This document shows, piece by piece, positions 8,567 through 17,648 of a stretch of 64,000 nt of DNA. How positions within the stretch are numbered: the stretch's first letter is position 1; each line of letters opens with the position of its first letter. The notes beneath the pieces were generated by a model. It made no database searches. It worked only from the letters and a program-made list of their open reading frames with translations, and was not told the origin of the DNA. This stretch comes from Acidobacteriota bacterium (lineage in GTDB: Bacteria > Acidobacteriota > CAIWXX01): the NCBI GenBank assembly GCA_040755995.1, contig JBFMAF010000012.1:1-64000 (forward strand), in the 5' to 3' direction. The translations under genes were made by a program, and so were the position numbers.

Positions 8567-9589
8567 TTGGGTGAGAATACGCCCTTTCTTTACGCCGTCC
8601 ACGGCATAGTGGTATGTAGCAATCGTCGGCTGGATATCTTCGCGCCATTCGATGGCAAGTCCGTGCCGGTGTTGGACATCTGGCTAGGCAACTTGAACGA
8701 GCTCTGCCAACGCCACCCAGAGATAAACTCGCTCGTCCTTCAACATGAGGGCTTCAGGCCGTCACAGGACGTGCTGCCGAGCAAGAACATGTCCCAAGGT
8801 GACGTTTTTCTCAACTGCGCCGGCGGTGAGCATCATCTTGTCGTGGCTGTCCTGTCGGCTACGGGGAATTCCATAGAGGTCGGTTGGCGCTGCGCGCCGG
8901 GTGGTTCGGAAGCAGGCATGGAGGAGGCGGTTGCCGGCTACCTCATGACTAACCTGCTGGGGATGGCCATGCGGCTCTCCGGGCAGATCGTTTTGCATGG
9001 CAATGCCGTCCGTGTCGGCGATCGCGCCGTCATCTGGGCTGGCGACAAGGGTGCCGGGAAGTCCACTCTCGCGGCCGCCTTCTTGAACGCCGGCTACCCG
9101 CTTCTGGCCGACGACCAGGTAGTGATCCGGCCTGTCGGGGATGGATTCATGGTCACTCGCGGCATCCGCCGACTACGGCTGTTCACTGAAGGCGGGCAAA
9201 TTCGGCGCCTCCTGGAAGCCGCCTACCCCTTTCATGAACCGTTCGGCCCGACCATCAAAGGCTATTTCGACGTCGATTGGAATGGCGAGCGGCTCGTCGC
9301 GGATCGGTTGACGCATCTGAGTGCAGTCTATGTCATCCAGCCCCGCGGCGCGGAGATCCGATCGCCCGTCATTGGGACGCCCCGGCCGAGCGCGCAGCTT
9401 CACTTGTTGCTCTCCCATTGCGTTGGCCGAAGGACCTTAGCCCTGAGCGCTGCACAGCAGCGGGCCGAGTTTTACGCGATGGGCAAGATGGTGGGGCGGG
9501 TGCCGGTTCGGTTCCTCCGGATGCCTGACGACCTGGCACGGCTGCCCGAGGCCGTGAGCCTGCTCGTGGCCAGGTGCGGACATGACTGA
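8567..9589 (+). CDS. HPr-kinase-like lasso peptide kinase
   Basis: LHGNAV, Walker A GDKGAGKST and LLADD. The start is uncertain because the track start at 8456 overlaps the precursor. Confidence 0.8.
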   Translation: MGENTPFLYAVHGIVVCSNRRLDIFAPFDGKSVPVLDIWLGNLNELCQRHPEINSLVLQHEGFRPSQDVLPSKNMSQGDVFLNCAGGEHHLVVAVLSATGNSIEVGWRCAPGGSEAGMEEAVAGYLMTNLLGMAMRLSGQIVLHGNAVRVGDRAVIWAGDKGAGKSTLAAAFLNAGYPLLADDQVVIRPVGDGFMVTRGIRRLRLFTEGGQIRRLLEAAYPFHEPFGPTIKGYFDVDWNGERLVADRLTHLSAVYVIQPRGAEIRSPVIGTPRPSAQLHLLLSHCVGRRTLALSAAQQRAEFYAMGKMVGRVPVRFLRMPDDLARLPEAVSLLVARCGHD

Positions 9590-10697
9590 GCTCGGGCACC
9601 CACGCGTGAGCGTGGTCACTACCACCCGCAACGGCGCACGTTTTCTCTCGGCGGCGATAAAGAGCGTCCTGGCTCAATCCTTCGAGGACTTCGAATATGT
9701 CGTCGTCGACAACGCATCGACCGACGACTCAGCCGAGATTGTTTCCGACATGGCGCGCCGCGACCGGCGCGTCAAGCTGATCAGGGGAAGCGTTGACTTG
9801 GGACCCGCTGGCGGCCTGAACCGAGCCATCGGGTTTGTCCGCGGCGAGTACGTGGCAGTGCTCGACTCCGATGATCTGGCCCTGCCGGAACGCATCGGCC
9901 GTCAGGTCGACTTCCTGGACAGGCACATCCAAGTCGGGGCCGTAGGCGCGCAAGTGCGGATCATCGACTCCGCGAGCGCTCCGATCGGACGATGGCAATA
10001 TCCTACTCATCCGGCCGGGGCCCGATGGGAGCTGCTCTTCGGCGCCAGCCTTCTCCACTCGGCGTCCATGTACCGTCATTCGCTTCTGGCACAGCTCGGG
10101 GGGTATTCCGAGCGACACCCGTTCGTGTGCGACTACGAGCAGCTTGTGCGTCTGGCCGATGTGAGTCAAGTGGTGAACCTGGATGAAGAACTGGCCTGCT
10201 ACAGGCGAAGCTCAACGCAGCTCAGCGTCATACACCCGAGGCGACAACAAGGCGAGGCCATGCTGCTGCGATATGCCATCCAACGCCGCTGGCTCGATCT
10301 GCGGCCCGACCTCGGAGTCTTCGCCAAGCTATTCCAATGGGGATGCGGGACGGCGCCCGCTACCACGGCGGAGGCGACAGCGGCAATGGAAATGCTGGAG
10401 CTGCTTTATGATCGCTATCGCCATGTCACACCGCTTTCGGATGGCGACCGCGCGGCGGTCGACAGCCGTTGTGCACGCCGGTGGTTGCGGATGGCGCATC
10501 ACGCGTATGACACGCTTCGTGAGGCCAGCCGCCATTGCTGGCAGCAAGCCCACCGGCTCGATCCGCAGCTGACGCGAACGTCGAGTGCCCATGCTATCCT
10601 GCATAAGCGCCGGGGGGCGCCCGACTCAGCAGTGAATCTGCCGCCGCCGGATCATCACGAGCCCCGCGACAGGACGGCACAGTTCGCGATTTCCTGA
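9582..10697 (+). CDS. Glycosyltransferase family 2
   Basis: Motifs VSVV, VVDNASTD, GEYVAVLDSDD and CDY. Its start overlaps the kinase stop. Confidence 0.9.
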   Translation: MTELGHPRVSVVTTTRNGARFLSAAIKSVLAQSFEDFEYVVVDNASTDDSAEIVSDMARRDRRVKLIRGSVDLGPAGGLNRAIGFVRGEYVAVLDSDDLALPERIGRQVDFLDRHIQVGAVGAQVRIIDSASAPIGRWQYPTHPAGARWELLFGASLLHSASMYRHSLLAQLGGYSERHPFVCDYEQLVRLADVSQVVNLDEELACYRRSSTQLSVIHPRRQQGEAMLLRYAIQRRWLDLRPDLGVFAKLFQWGCGTAPATTAEATAAMEMLELLYDRYRHVTPLSDGDRAAVDSRCARRWLRMAHHAYDTLREASRHCWQQAHRLDPQLTRTSSAHAILHKRRGAPDSAVNLPPPDHHEPRDRTAQFAIS

Positions 10698-10734
10698 TCT
10701 TCCCGCAGGTCATGGCCTCCGGGCAGGTGAGAAG

Positions 10735-11922
10735 ATGGATCACGTAAAGAGAATCGCCGTGCTGAATCCATATCTTCCATTGCTGGGCGGAGGCGAGAAA
10801 TACATGGGCCATATGTGCCAATTCTTGGAAGGCCATTACCCGGACGCTCGCATAGATATCCTCATTGACGATCACGATCATACGAGGGTCGGCGACGATG
10901 GCATCGACGACCTGAACAAGAGATTCGGCCTCGACCTGAAGAGGACGACCACCAGAAGGATCAAGCTTGAAGAGGAGCTATCAGAAAGGGAGTGGTTGAA
11001 GAACCAGTGCGTCGTCGCGAGGGTCACCGGAGAATACGACATCTTCATCAACAACATGTTTCTAAGCAGACACGCTGGTAAAGCCAAGAAGAATGTCTAC
11101 ATATGTATGTTTCCGCCCAAGCCCTTGGCCCGAGAGATTCATGACGAGACCGCGATCGCCAAGACGACATCACATATCATCGATCGTATATTCGTGAGAT
11201 GCTATGACAAGGTCGTAACTATATCCAATTTTGCGGACCGTTGGACGAAGGAGTACTTGAAAGGAATACGCGATAGCGTTGTGGTCTATCCTCCGGGTCT
11301 GTCTGAAAGAGGCATGCAAGACAACTACGAGGAGAACAGGAAGGAAAACAGAATCCTCGGGGTTGGACGGTTCTTCGTTGGAGCACACAACAAGAAGCAG
11401 CTGGAGATGGTGCGGCTCTATCTGAGCAGCAGAGGGAAGCTGAAGGAGTACGAGCTGCATTTGGTGGGGGCATTGGCCGGCAACAAGAGGGACATTGCTT
11501 ACGTGGACAAGATCAAGGCGATGGTCAAGGACGAGAAGGTGTTTCTGCACGTCAACGCGCCTTTCGGTCTTCTGACGGACATGTACAGGAAAGCGAAGAT
11601 ACTCTGGCACGCCACAGGTTTCAACGAAGACGCGAACAGAACGCCGGAGAAGATGGAGCACTTTGGCATTGCAACAGTGGAGGCAATGGGGTATGGCGCA
11701 GTCCCCGTCGTAATAGATGGAGGTGCTCAGCCGGAGATTGTGCAAGATGGAGAGAGCGGCTTTCTGTGGGGTAGTGAGTCAGATTGGATTGGTCAGACTA
11801 AGCGACTGATCCAGGATCAAGCGCTCAGAGTCAGGCTGGCGAAAGCTGCAAGCTCGAGATCACGGGCGTTTTCAGTAGAGAGATTCTATGAGAGCCTGAG
11901 GGGCGTATTTGACACAATGTGA
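10735..11922 (+). CDS. Glycosyltransferase family 4
   Basis: Motifs GGGEKY, VGRF...KKQ and EHFGIATVEAMGYG. Confidence 0.9.
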   Translation: MDHVKRIAVLNPYLPLLGGGEKYMGHMCQFLEGHYPDARIDILIDDHDHTRVGDDGIDDLNKRFGLDLKRTTTRRIKLEEELSEREWLKNQCVVARVTGEYDIFINNMFLSRHAGKAKKNVYICMFPPKPLAREIHDETAIAKTTSHIIDRIFVRCYDKVVTISNFADRWTKEYLKGIRDSVVVYPPGLSERGMQDNYEENRKENRILGVGRFFVGAHNKKQLEMVRLYLSSRGKLKEYELHLVGALAGNKRDIAYVDKIKAMVKDEKVFLHVNAPFGLLTDMYRKAKILWHATGFNEDANRTPEKMEHFGIATVEAMGYGAVPVVIDGGAQPEIVQDGESGFLWGSESDWIGQTKRLIQDQALRVRLAKAASSRSRAFSVERFYESLRGVFDTM

Positions 11923-11981
11923 AGACAGGTCTCCTCGTAGTGGCGATCTTCGGTCCGCTCGAGGATGGCCAGTGCGGTTTC

Positions 11982-13913
11982 CTACGGGAACGCCAGGGAT
12001 CTATGAGCTCTCGAGACGGCTCTCCGGAACATAGAGGGTGGGTGCCTGCTCCTTTCGATCTCTATGGAATTGGAGAGACTGCATGCGTGGACACAGGCGC
12101 AGTTCAGAATCCTCCTCCTGTGCCCAGCCGCCTCCTCTGAATTCCATGCGATCGAGAGGTCGTAATTCCAGTTCTGAAGATTGCCAAACGGCTTCAGCTG
12201 TTCGCAGACGGCGACTGAACCATCGTTGTACACTATGGCCCCCTCGTACCCTGCATAACATCTTATCTGCCTTTTCCGGGAGCGCAGAGTGCTCAGTATC
12301 AGGTCCATGAGCCGCTTGCTGTGGGCTTGAAAGTATCTCGGATACTTCTCAGAAAGGGCGGAAACAACAGCTTCAATCTCATCAACGGTGAGACTATTGT
12401 CTGTCTTGGGGCCGTAATCCTCCACTTCAAGGTCCTTGTCGAGATTGAAGCTGCTGAATGAGTTTCCTCTTACCGGTGTCAGGAGGCTCGGGAAGCCGTT
12501 CGACAGCAAGAAACCAACCAAAGCTGCTATCTCATCTATGTTGTCTTTCATGAGTACGATATTTGCTGCAAGACTGAGATTGCGGTATTTCAACGACAGG
12601 CATCTGGCGATTCTGCATGACTCGACCGCGTTCTTGAAGGCAGATGGGACGCCTCTGATCTTGTTGTGGGTTTCTTCGAGTCCGTCCAAGGAGATGGAAA
12701 TGTGGATGTGTTTTATGGAGCGGCAGATTGCGGGCTCCAAAGCCGCTATTCTCTCCGGCAGGAATCCGTTCGTCGTGATGGCGATGCTGGCAATCTTCTC
12801 GTGGGAGGCGAGGCGACCGAGGAGCGTGGTCAAGTCGTCCCTCATGAGCGTTTCCCCCCCAGTCAGAATGATGTCCGAGGGCTTGCTCAGAGAATCGGCT
12901 ATCTTCAGTATGTTGCTCTCCCGCATGTCCGCTGTGCCGTTGTTCAGATTCCTCAAGAAACAGTGCCGGCAATTTGAGTTGCATCTCGAGGTAATGAAGA
13001 AGGTTATGTACCTGGGGGTCGCCACATGGTTCTTCTTGAATAGTCGCTCTTCGACGCTCCGCCTTATTCTTGACTTGACCGGTATCTCCAACATGAACAG
13101 ACAAAGAGCACGCAAGAGCTGGACCGGATTCTTCCTGGCGAGTACCATGTCCATCCAGCTCTTGAATGCGCCTTCAAGCGACAGCCCGGGATCAGCACGC
13201 TCTCTTCTCTTCTTCGCGTATGAAACCGGCAGCGCGTAATAGTCCCTCAAGCTTCTCCCTTTGGAAAGAGAATACAGGCAGTTGAGATGCCCACCGAGGA
13301 TCTCCGCGGCCGGCAGCGATGAGTACTTGGTGAAATGGTAGACGACGGCCTTGCTGGTGATAATGGCTCTGAGGCCTCTGTCTTTCATTCTGTTTATCAG
13401 GTCAAGCTCGTCATAGAAATGTGAGTAGACAAGCCACGGGTCAAAGGAGAAGCGTCGAAAGGCATCCTTCCTGAACGCCATGTTGCAGCCGCTGATTCTT
13501 CCGGGCGCGTAAACGTTCCTGCTGCGCCCGATGTAGGACACTCCCCCAACGGCCATCACACTCTTGTCTGACACGAGAGGGCGCGAGATCTCGTTGAGCC
13601 ATGACCTCTCAACTACGCAGTCGTCGTCAACAAAAGCGACTATCTCTCCTTTCGAGTGCTCGAGCCCGACGTTGTACAACTGGGCGGTAGACTTCCTGCG
13701 CTTCACAGCAAGAGCCCTCACCTTCCCGTCCGCGAGATAGTTCCTGGAAAGGAATTCGGTTGTGCCGTCTTCAGAGTTGTCGTCTACAACAATGACTTCG
13801 TAGTTTTCGTGGGTTGAGTCCAGAATCGAGTCTATGCATTTGTCGAGATATTCTTTTCTGTTTCTCGTCCTAACAACAACGGACACGAATGGACTGGCAA
13901 GTGTCTTGTTCAT
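11982..13913 (-). CDS. GT2 glycosyltransferase fused to a radical SAM/SPASM-type domain
   Basis: The N-terminus has VSVVV, VVDDNSED, AFVDDDC and GCNMAFRK. The C-terminus has CNSNCRHC (CxxxCxxC), TGGE, ITTNG, SLDG, CYAG...DGSVAVCE and CACVHAC. Confidence 0.88.
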   Translation of the reverse strand: MNKTLASPFVSVVVRTRNRKEYLDKCIDSILDSTHENYEVIVVDDNSEDGTTEFLSRNYLADGKVRALAVKRRKSTAQLYNVGLEHSKGEIVAFVDDDCVVERSWLNEISRPLVSDKSVMAVGGVSYIGRSRNVYAPGRISGCNMAFRKDAFRRFSFDPWLVYSHFYDELDLINRMKDRGLRAIITSKAVVYHFTKYSSLPAAEILGGHLNCLYSLSKGRSLRDYYALPVSYAKKRRERADPGLSLEGAFKSWMDMVLARKNPVQLLRALCLFMLEIPVKSRIRRSVEERLFKKNHVATPRYITFFITSRCNSNCRHCFLRNLNNGTADMRESNILKIADSLSKPSDIILTGGETLMRDDLTTLLGRLASHEKIASIAITTNGFLPERIAALEPAICRSIKHIHISISLDGLEETHNKIRGVPSAFKNAVESCRIARCLSLKYRNLSLAANIVLMKDNIDEIAALVGFLLSNGFPSLLTPVRGNSFSSFNLDKDLEVEDYGPKTDNSLTVDEIEAVVSALSEKYPRYFQAHSKRLMDLILSTLRSRKRQIRCYAGYEGAIVYNDGSVAVCEQLKPFGNLQNWNYDLSIAWNSEEAAGHRRRILNCACVHACSLSNSIEIERSRHPPSMFRRAVSRAHRSLAFP

Positions 13914-14152
13914 TTACGCGAGAGATAGTAATTCCAGGGGTTCTTCATTGACTTCACATGCGAAAGCATCGCACGCAGTCTCTTCCGTGAAAACGGCCAG
14001 GCCATTGCGCCTCGCTGGTAGGATTGTGCCCGTAGCATGCCGACGAGTATACTCGGCCCCTGGAAATTAGGCCACCGAAAGACGGGAAGCCACGAGGGCA
14101 ATACTCGGACTCGTGGACGCATGGGATGCGAAGGGGGTAGTAAGAACCGGCA

Positions 14153-15424
14153 ATGCCCAATCCTCACATGCGGCCGCTAGTCGTCCATGGAGTGAGCAAG
14201 ACAGAGGAATTGCTCCTGGATTGTCTGAAGAGAAACCCACAGTGCCCGGAGCGGGCGGCGACAGACTCCTTGCGTGCGTCGGATTGGCATCAGCTGCTTG
14301 ACTTGGCCACGGCGCAGCGAGTCCCGGCTTTGCTCTATCATCGTTTGAAGGCAAAGCAGCTGGATCATCTGCTGCCGGAAGAGGTCAAGACTGCATTCCG
14401 AAAAGCCCACCGGGAAACCACCATGCGAAACATGTCCTTCTACGGTGAGCTTCGGCGCCTGGGGGCGGCGCTGCGCGAGGACCGAGTCCCGCTGCTGGTC
14501 TTGAAAGGTATGTACCTGGCGCAGGAGGTCTATGGAAATATCGGCGTGCGAGAAATGAACGATATCGACGCCCTGGCTCAACTACACCACTTGGGCAGGA
14601 TCGTTGAGAAGCTCGACAGCCTTGGCTACGCTCCAGAACGGCCCTTCTCCATCGAGAACATCCTACAAGTCTGGTCGCATCTTCCCCGCTTCATCAACCC
14701 GGGTAGGGCCGGAATTGAGATTCACTGGAACCTGACCGTGCCTACGGAGACATACACCATCGATCCAGCCGAGCTGTGGCAACGCGCCGTGCAAGTGGAG
14801 CTGGCGGGAGGTGGATTTCGCGCGCTTTGCCCCGAGGACATGCTCCTTCATCTCTGCCTGCATTCCGCGTACCGACACCAGTTCGCATTCGGCCTTCGTC
14901 CTTCATGTGACATCGCCGAATTGCTGGCCCACTCGGGCGGCGACATTCGCTGGAAATGTGTTCTGGATCGCGCCAAGCGATGGGGTTGCCGCCGTGGCGT
15001 CTACGTGGCACTGCGGCTGGCGAAAGAGATTGTCGACGCCGATGTTCCGGACCATGTCCTGACACGACTGCGTCCGGCGGAATTTGACGAGGCCATTGCA
15101 GAAACTGCGATGGCTCTGGCTCTTACAGACGCGCGTCTTGCGAGCACAGTGCCGGTGCCAATCGCGAACCTGCTAGGAACAAAGGGCACGTGGGCGCTGG
15201 TCAAGCTTCTCGCAAATCGCGTGTTCCTATCCAAGAAGCTCATGGCGACCGTTTATCCAGCAGCGCCGGATTCTCTCAAGATCTACTGGTACTATCCAAT
15301 CCGCGTGGTCGATCTCCTCACGCGCCACGGCCGGACGATGCGCAAGGTGCGGGACAACGAACCCGAATTGATCCGGCTGGCTGAGCGGAAGCGCACGATC
15401 GATCGGTTTCTGCTTGGGGGCTGA
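14153..15424 (+). CDS. Nucleotidyltransferase family protein (NTP_transf_5-like)
   Basis: LKGMYLA..Y...REMNDID, EIHW, LLHLCLH and DIA. The true start may be GTG 14192. Confidence 0.85.
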   Translation: MPNPHMRPLVVHGVSKTEELLLDCLKRNPQCPERAATDSLRASDWHQLLDLATAQRVPALLYHRLKAKQLDHLLPEEVKTAFRKAHRETTMRNMSFYGELRRLGAALREDRVPLLVLKGMYLAQEVYGNIGVREMNDIDALAQLHHLGRIVEKLDSLGYAPERPFSIENILQVWSHLPRFINPGRAGIEIHWNLTVPTETYTIDPAELWQRAVQVELAGGGFRALCPEDMLLHLCLHSAYRHQFAFGLRPSCDIAELLAHSGGDIRWKCVLDRAKRWGCRRGVYVALRLAKEIVDADVPDHVLTRLRPAEFDEAIAETAMALALTDARLASTVPVPIANLLGTKGTWALVKLLANRVFLSKKLMATVYPAAPDSLKIYWYYPIRVVDLLTRHGRTMRKVRDNEPELIRLAERKRTIDRFLLGG

Positions 15425-15459
15425 TCATCAACTCTTGTGCCTGAACACAAGGCCTGCAG

Positions 15460-15954
15460 TCAGAGATCTGGACGCCGGACGGCCCCCCGTCCGAAAAACT
15501 CGGCGACTACCGCGAATTGCTCATGGCCGGCGGCGCCGGTGAGAATGTCGTCGCCACACCGGAGCCATGCGTGCGCGGTGAGCATCTCAGGATTCGTTCC
15601 ATCCTTGGCCACGCCAAGGCACAAGGTCCCGGTGATGCGGCGTCGCTTGAGCATCCATTGTGCTGCCACGGCCTGGGGCAGACACGCTCCGACCCATGGC
15701 ATGTTGTTTGCGGCCGAGCGGACGGCGTCACCGACTTCTCGAGCTCGAAGCAGGTCATAGGCGTCGATCTGCGACTCCGGATCATTCATCTGCACGCCTA
15801 GCCAGACGGACAGCCGTCTGAACGGCAGGACAAGAAGCGCGAGGCGCGCAAGGCCCAACAGCACGCACGCTTCGACCAGCAGCACGCGCTCGGCTCGTGT
15901 GCGACGGCGCCACCTGGCGGGTGCGCCGCACAAGGACTTCAACAGGCCGGCCAT
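15460..15954 (-). CDS. Lasso peptide B2 leader peptidase (transglutaminase-like)
   Basis: ACLPQAVAAQWML...LGV...AHAWL...D, which carries the catalytic Cys and His motifs. Confidence 0.9.
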   Translation of the reverse strand: MAGLLKSLCGAPARWRRRTRAERVLLVEACVLLGLARLALLVLPFRRLSVWLGVQMNDPESQIDAYDLLRAREVGDAVRSAANNMPWVGACLPQAVAAQWMLKRRRITGTLCLGVAKDGTNPEMLTAHAWLRCGDDILTGAAGHEQFAVVAEFFGRGAVRRPDL

Positions 15955-16169
15955 ACCTTCGTTCCTCGCCGTCAGAACAGAGTGCCCCTCGATCTCCCGT
16001 CAAGAATACCCGCTGTGCTCAGGGCGCCCGCCGTGCCCGGCCTCCCGGATTTCGATCGCATCATCGCAAACGCACGCGCGAGGCAGGGCTCTGACCTCTT
16101 CGACGACGACATGTCGCCGCTCCAAATCGGCTTCTGAAGCGTGCAGCTACAGCCAAGGAATGACCGCGC

Positions 16170-17648
16170 TTACTTCGCAGCCGGCGTCAAGCGGACGGTC
16201 AGCTTCGTCGTTCGCTCCTCCTCCACGACCACCGGCAGCTCCTTCGTCCGATACCGCGGAGCGCTCGCGCGCAGCGTGTAGTCGCCCGGGAGAATCGCCC
16301 TCAGCACGAACGTCCCGGAGGCGCCCGTAGTCACCGGCTGGTAGCCCGTGCCGACTAGCTCGATCTTGACGCCGGCTCCGATGCCTGAACCGGTGGTGTC
16401 GACGGTCCCCTTGATGCTTCCTGGCGAACTCTGGAGGCCTGCGGCCTGTGCTGCGGCCAGGACGTTGGTGAGCACCATCTTCCGGAGGTGCGATGGGACG
16501 ATGTTCGCGACCACGTCGCAGGTCTTGTGATAGCAGGAGTAACTGTCCCAGTCGTAGTCGATCGTCAGAGCGGCGGGAAACCCGAACTCGTCGAACGCCT
16601 CGTGATCGCTGCCCCAACCGTCCTTCGGGTAGCGATAGACTGAGAGATCCGTGTAGCTTCTGGCGGTGGCTTCGAGCAGGTCCAGTAGTGCCACAGACCC
16701 CGGGTTGGCGTGGAAACCCTCCAGCCACAGATCAGGCTCGCCGGGAAGGTCGAAGCCCACCATGTCCATGTCGAAGAACCCTTGCAGATCCCACCCCTCC
16801 TCGGCGGCCTGGGCCGCGAGGTGTTCGCTTCCGATGAGCCCCACCTCTTCTCCGGTGAAGCAGACGAAGTAGAGCGTCGACTCGGTTCGCAGGCGCGCGA
16901 AAAGGCGCGCGGCTTCGACGACACCGGCCGAGCCGCTGCCGTTGTCCTCGGCGCCTGGAGCAGAGGTATTAGGCACCGGCGAGATCGAGTCCAGATGGGC
17001 GCCGATGATGTAGATGCGATCGGGGTACAGCGTCCCTATCTTGACGCCGACAACGTTGCGGATCGTGTAGCCCGCGTAGTTGAACGTGTCGTAATAGGAC
17101 CGATCCAACTTGTACTGGCGAAGACGCTGGAGCACGTAGCGGGTGGCGGAGCGCATCCCACCCGTGTAGCAGTAGCGTGTCGGGATCTTGCGTGAGATCT
17201 CGTCCAGATGAGTCATCATCTGCTTCTGACTCACTGCGGCGGCGAGGCTCGTCAGAACTCCGCTCGGCACGCTCGACGGCGGCAGGTCGACACTGGCGGT
17301 GCGCGCCGGCGGAGGAGTCCGATCGCAAGCCAGCCTCAGCCGTACGCCGAGACTGCGGAGATTCTCTGCTGCTCCCGCATCCAGCCACACCCGCGCCCTC
17401 GGGCCGTCGATCGTGATGAGCCTCGCACGGCGCAGCTCCGGCAGACCCGCCAGATCCGGGTCGTCCCAATCCTGCCGCGCGAAGGCTTCCCACGCCGCCG
17501 CAAGCGCCGGGTGCGATCTTTCGTCGATATCGTAGACGGCCCCTTGCGGCGACGAGCCAGCCGCCAGCCCGACCGAGCTCACATCCGCCGGAGCGGGCCA
17601 GAACAACGATACCAGCACGCCCACGCCAACCCAGATCGCTCCTCTCAT
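16170..17648 (-). CDS. Secreted M28 family peptidase with a C-terminal carboxypeptidase-regulatory-like domain
   Basis: Signal peptide MRGAIWVGV, GAHLDS, PGAEDNGSG, GEE, DM, SDH and YH. Confidence 0.88.
   Translation of the reverse strand: MRGAIWVGVGVLVSLFWPAPADVSSVGLAAGSSPQGAVYDIDERSHPALAAAWEAFARQDWDDPDLAGLPELRRARLITIDGPRARVWLDAGAAENLRSLGVRLRLACDRTPPPARTASVDLPPSSVPSGVLTSLAAAVSQKQMMTHLDEISRKIPTRYCYTGGMRSATRYVLQRLRQYKLDRSYYDTFNYAGYTIRNVVGVKIGTLYPDRIYIIGAHLDSISPVPNTSAPGAEDNGSGSAGVVEAARLFARLRTESTLYFVCFTGEEVGLIGSEHLAAQAAEEGWDLQGFFDMDMVGFDLPGEPDLWLEGFHANPGSVALLDLLEATARSYTDLSVYRYPKDGWGSDHEAFDEFGFPAALTIDYDWDSYSCYHKTCDVVANIVPSHLRKMVLTNVLAAAQAAGLQSSPGSIKGTVDTTGSGIGAGVKIELVGTGYQPVTTGASGTFVLRAILPGDYTLRASAPRYRTKELPVVVEEERTTKLTVRLTPAAK

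Noticed and set aside
16170..17648. M28 peptidase as the enzyme trimming the lasso C-terminal Gly
   Set aside because: Adjacency is the only evidence. It is secreted and overlaps an unrelated SDR gene.
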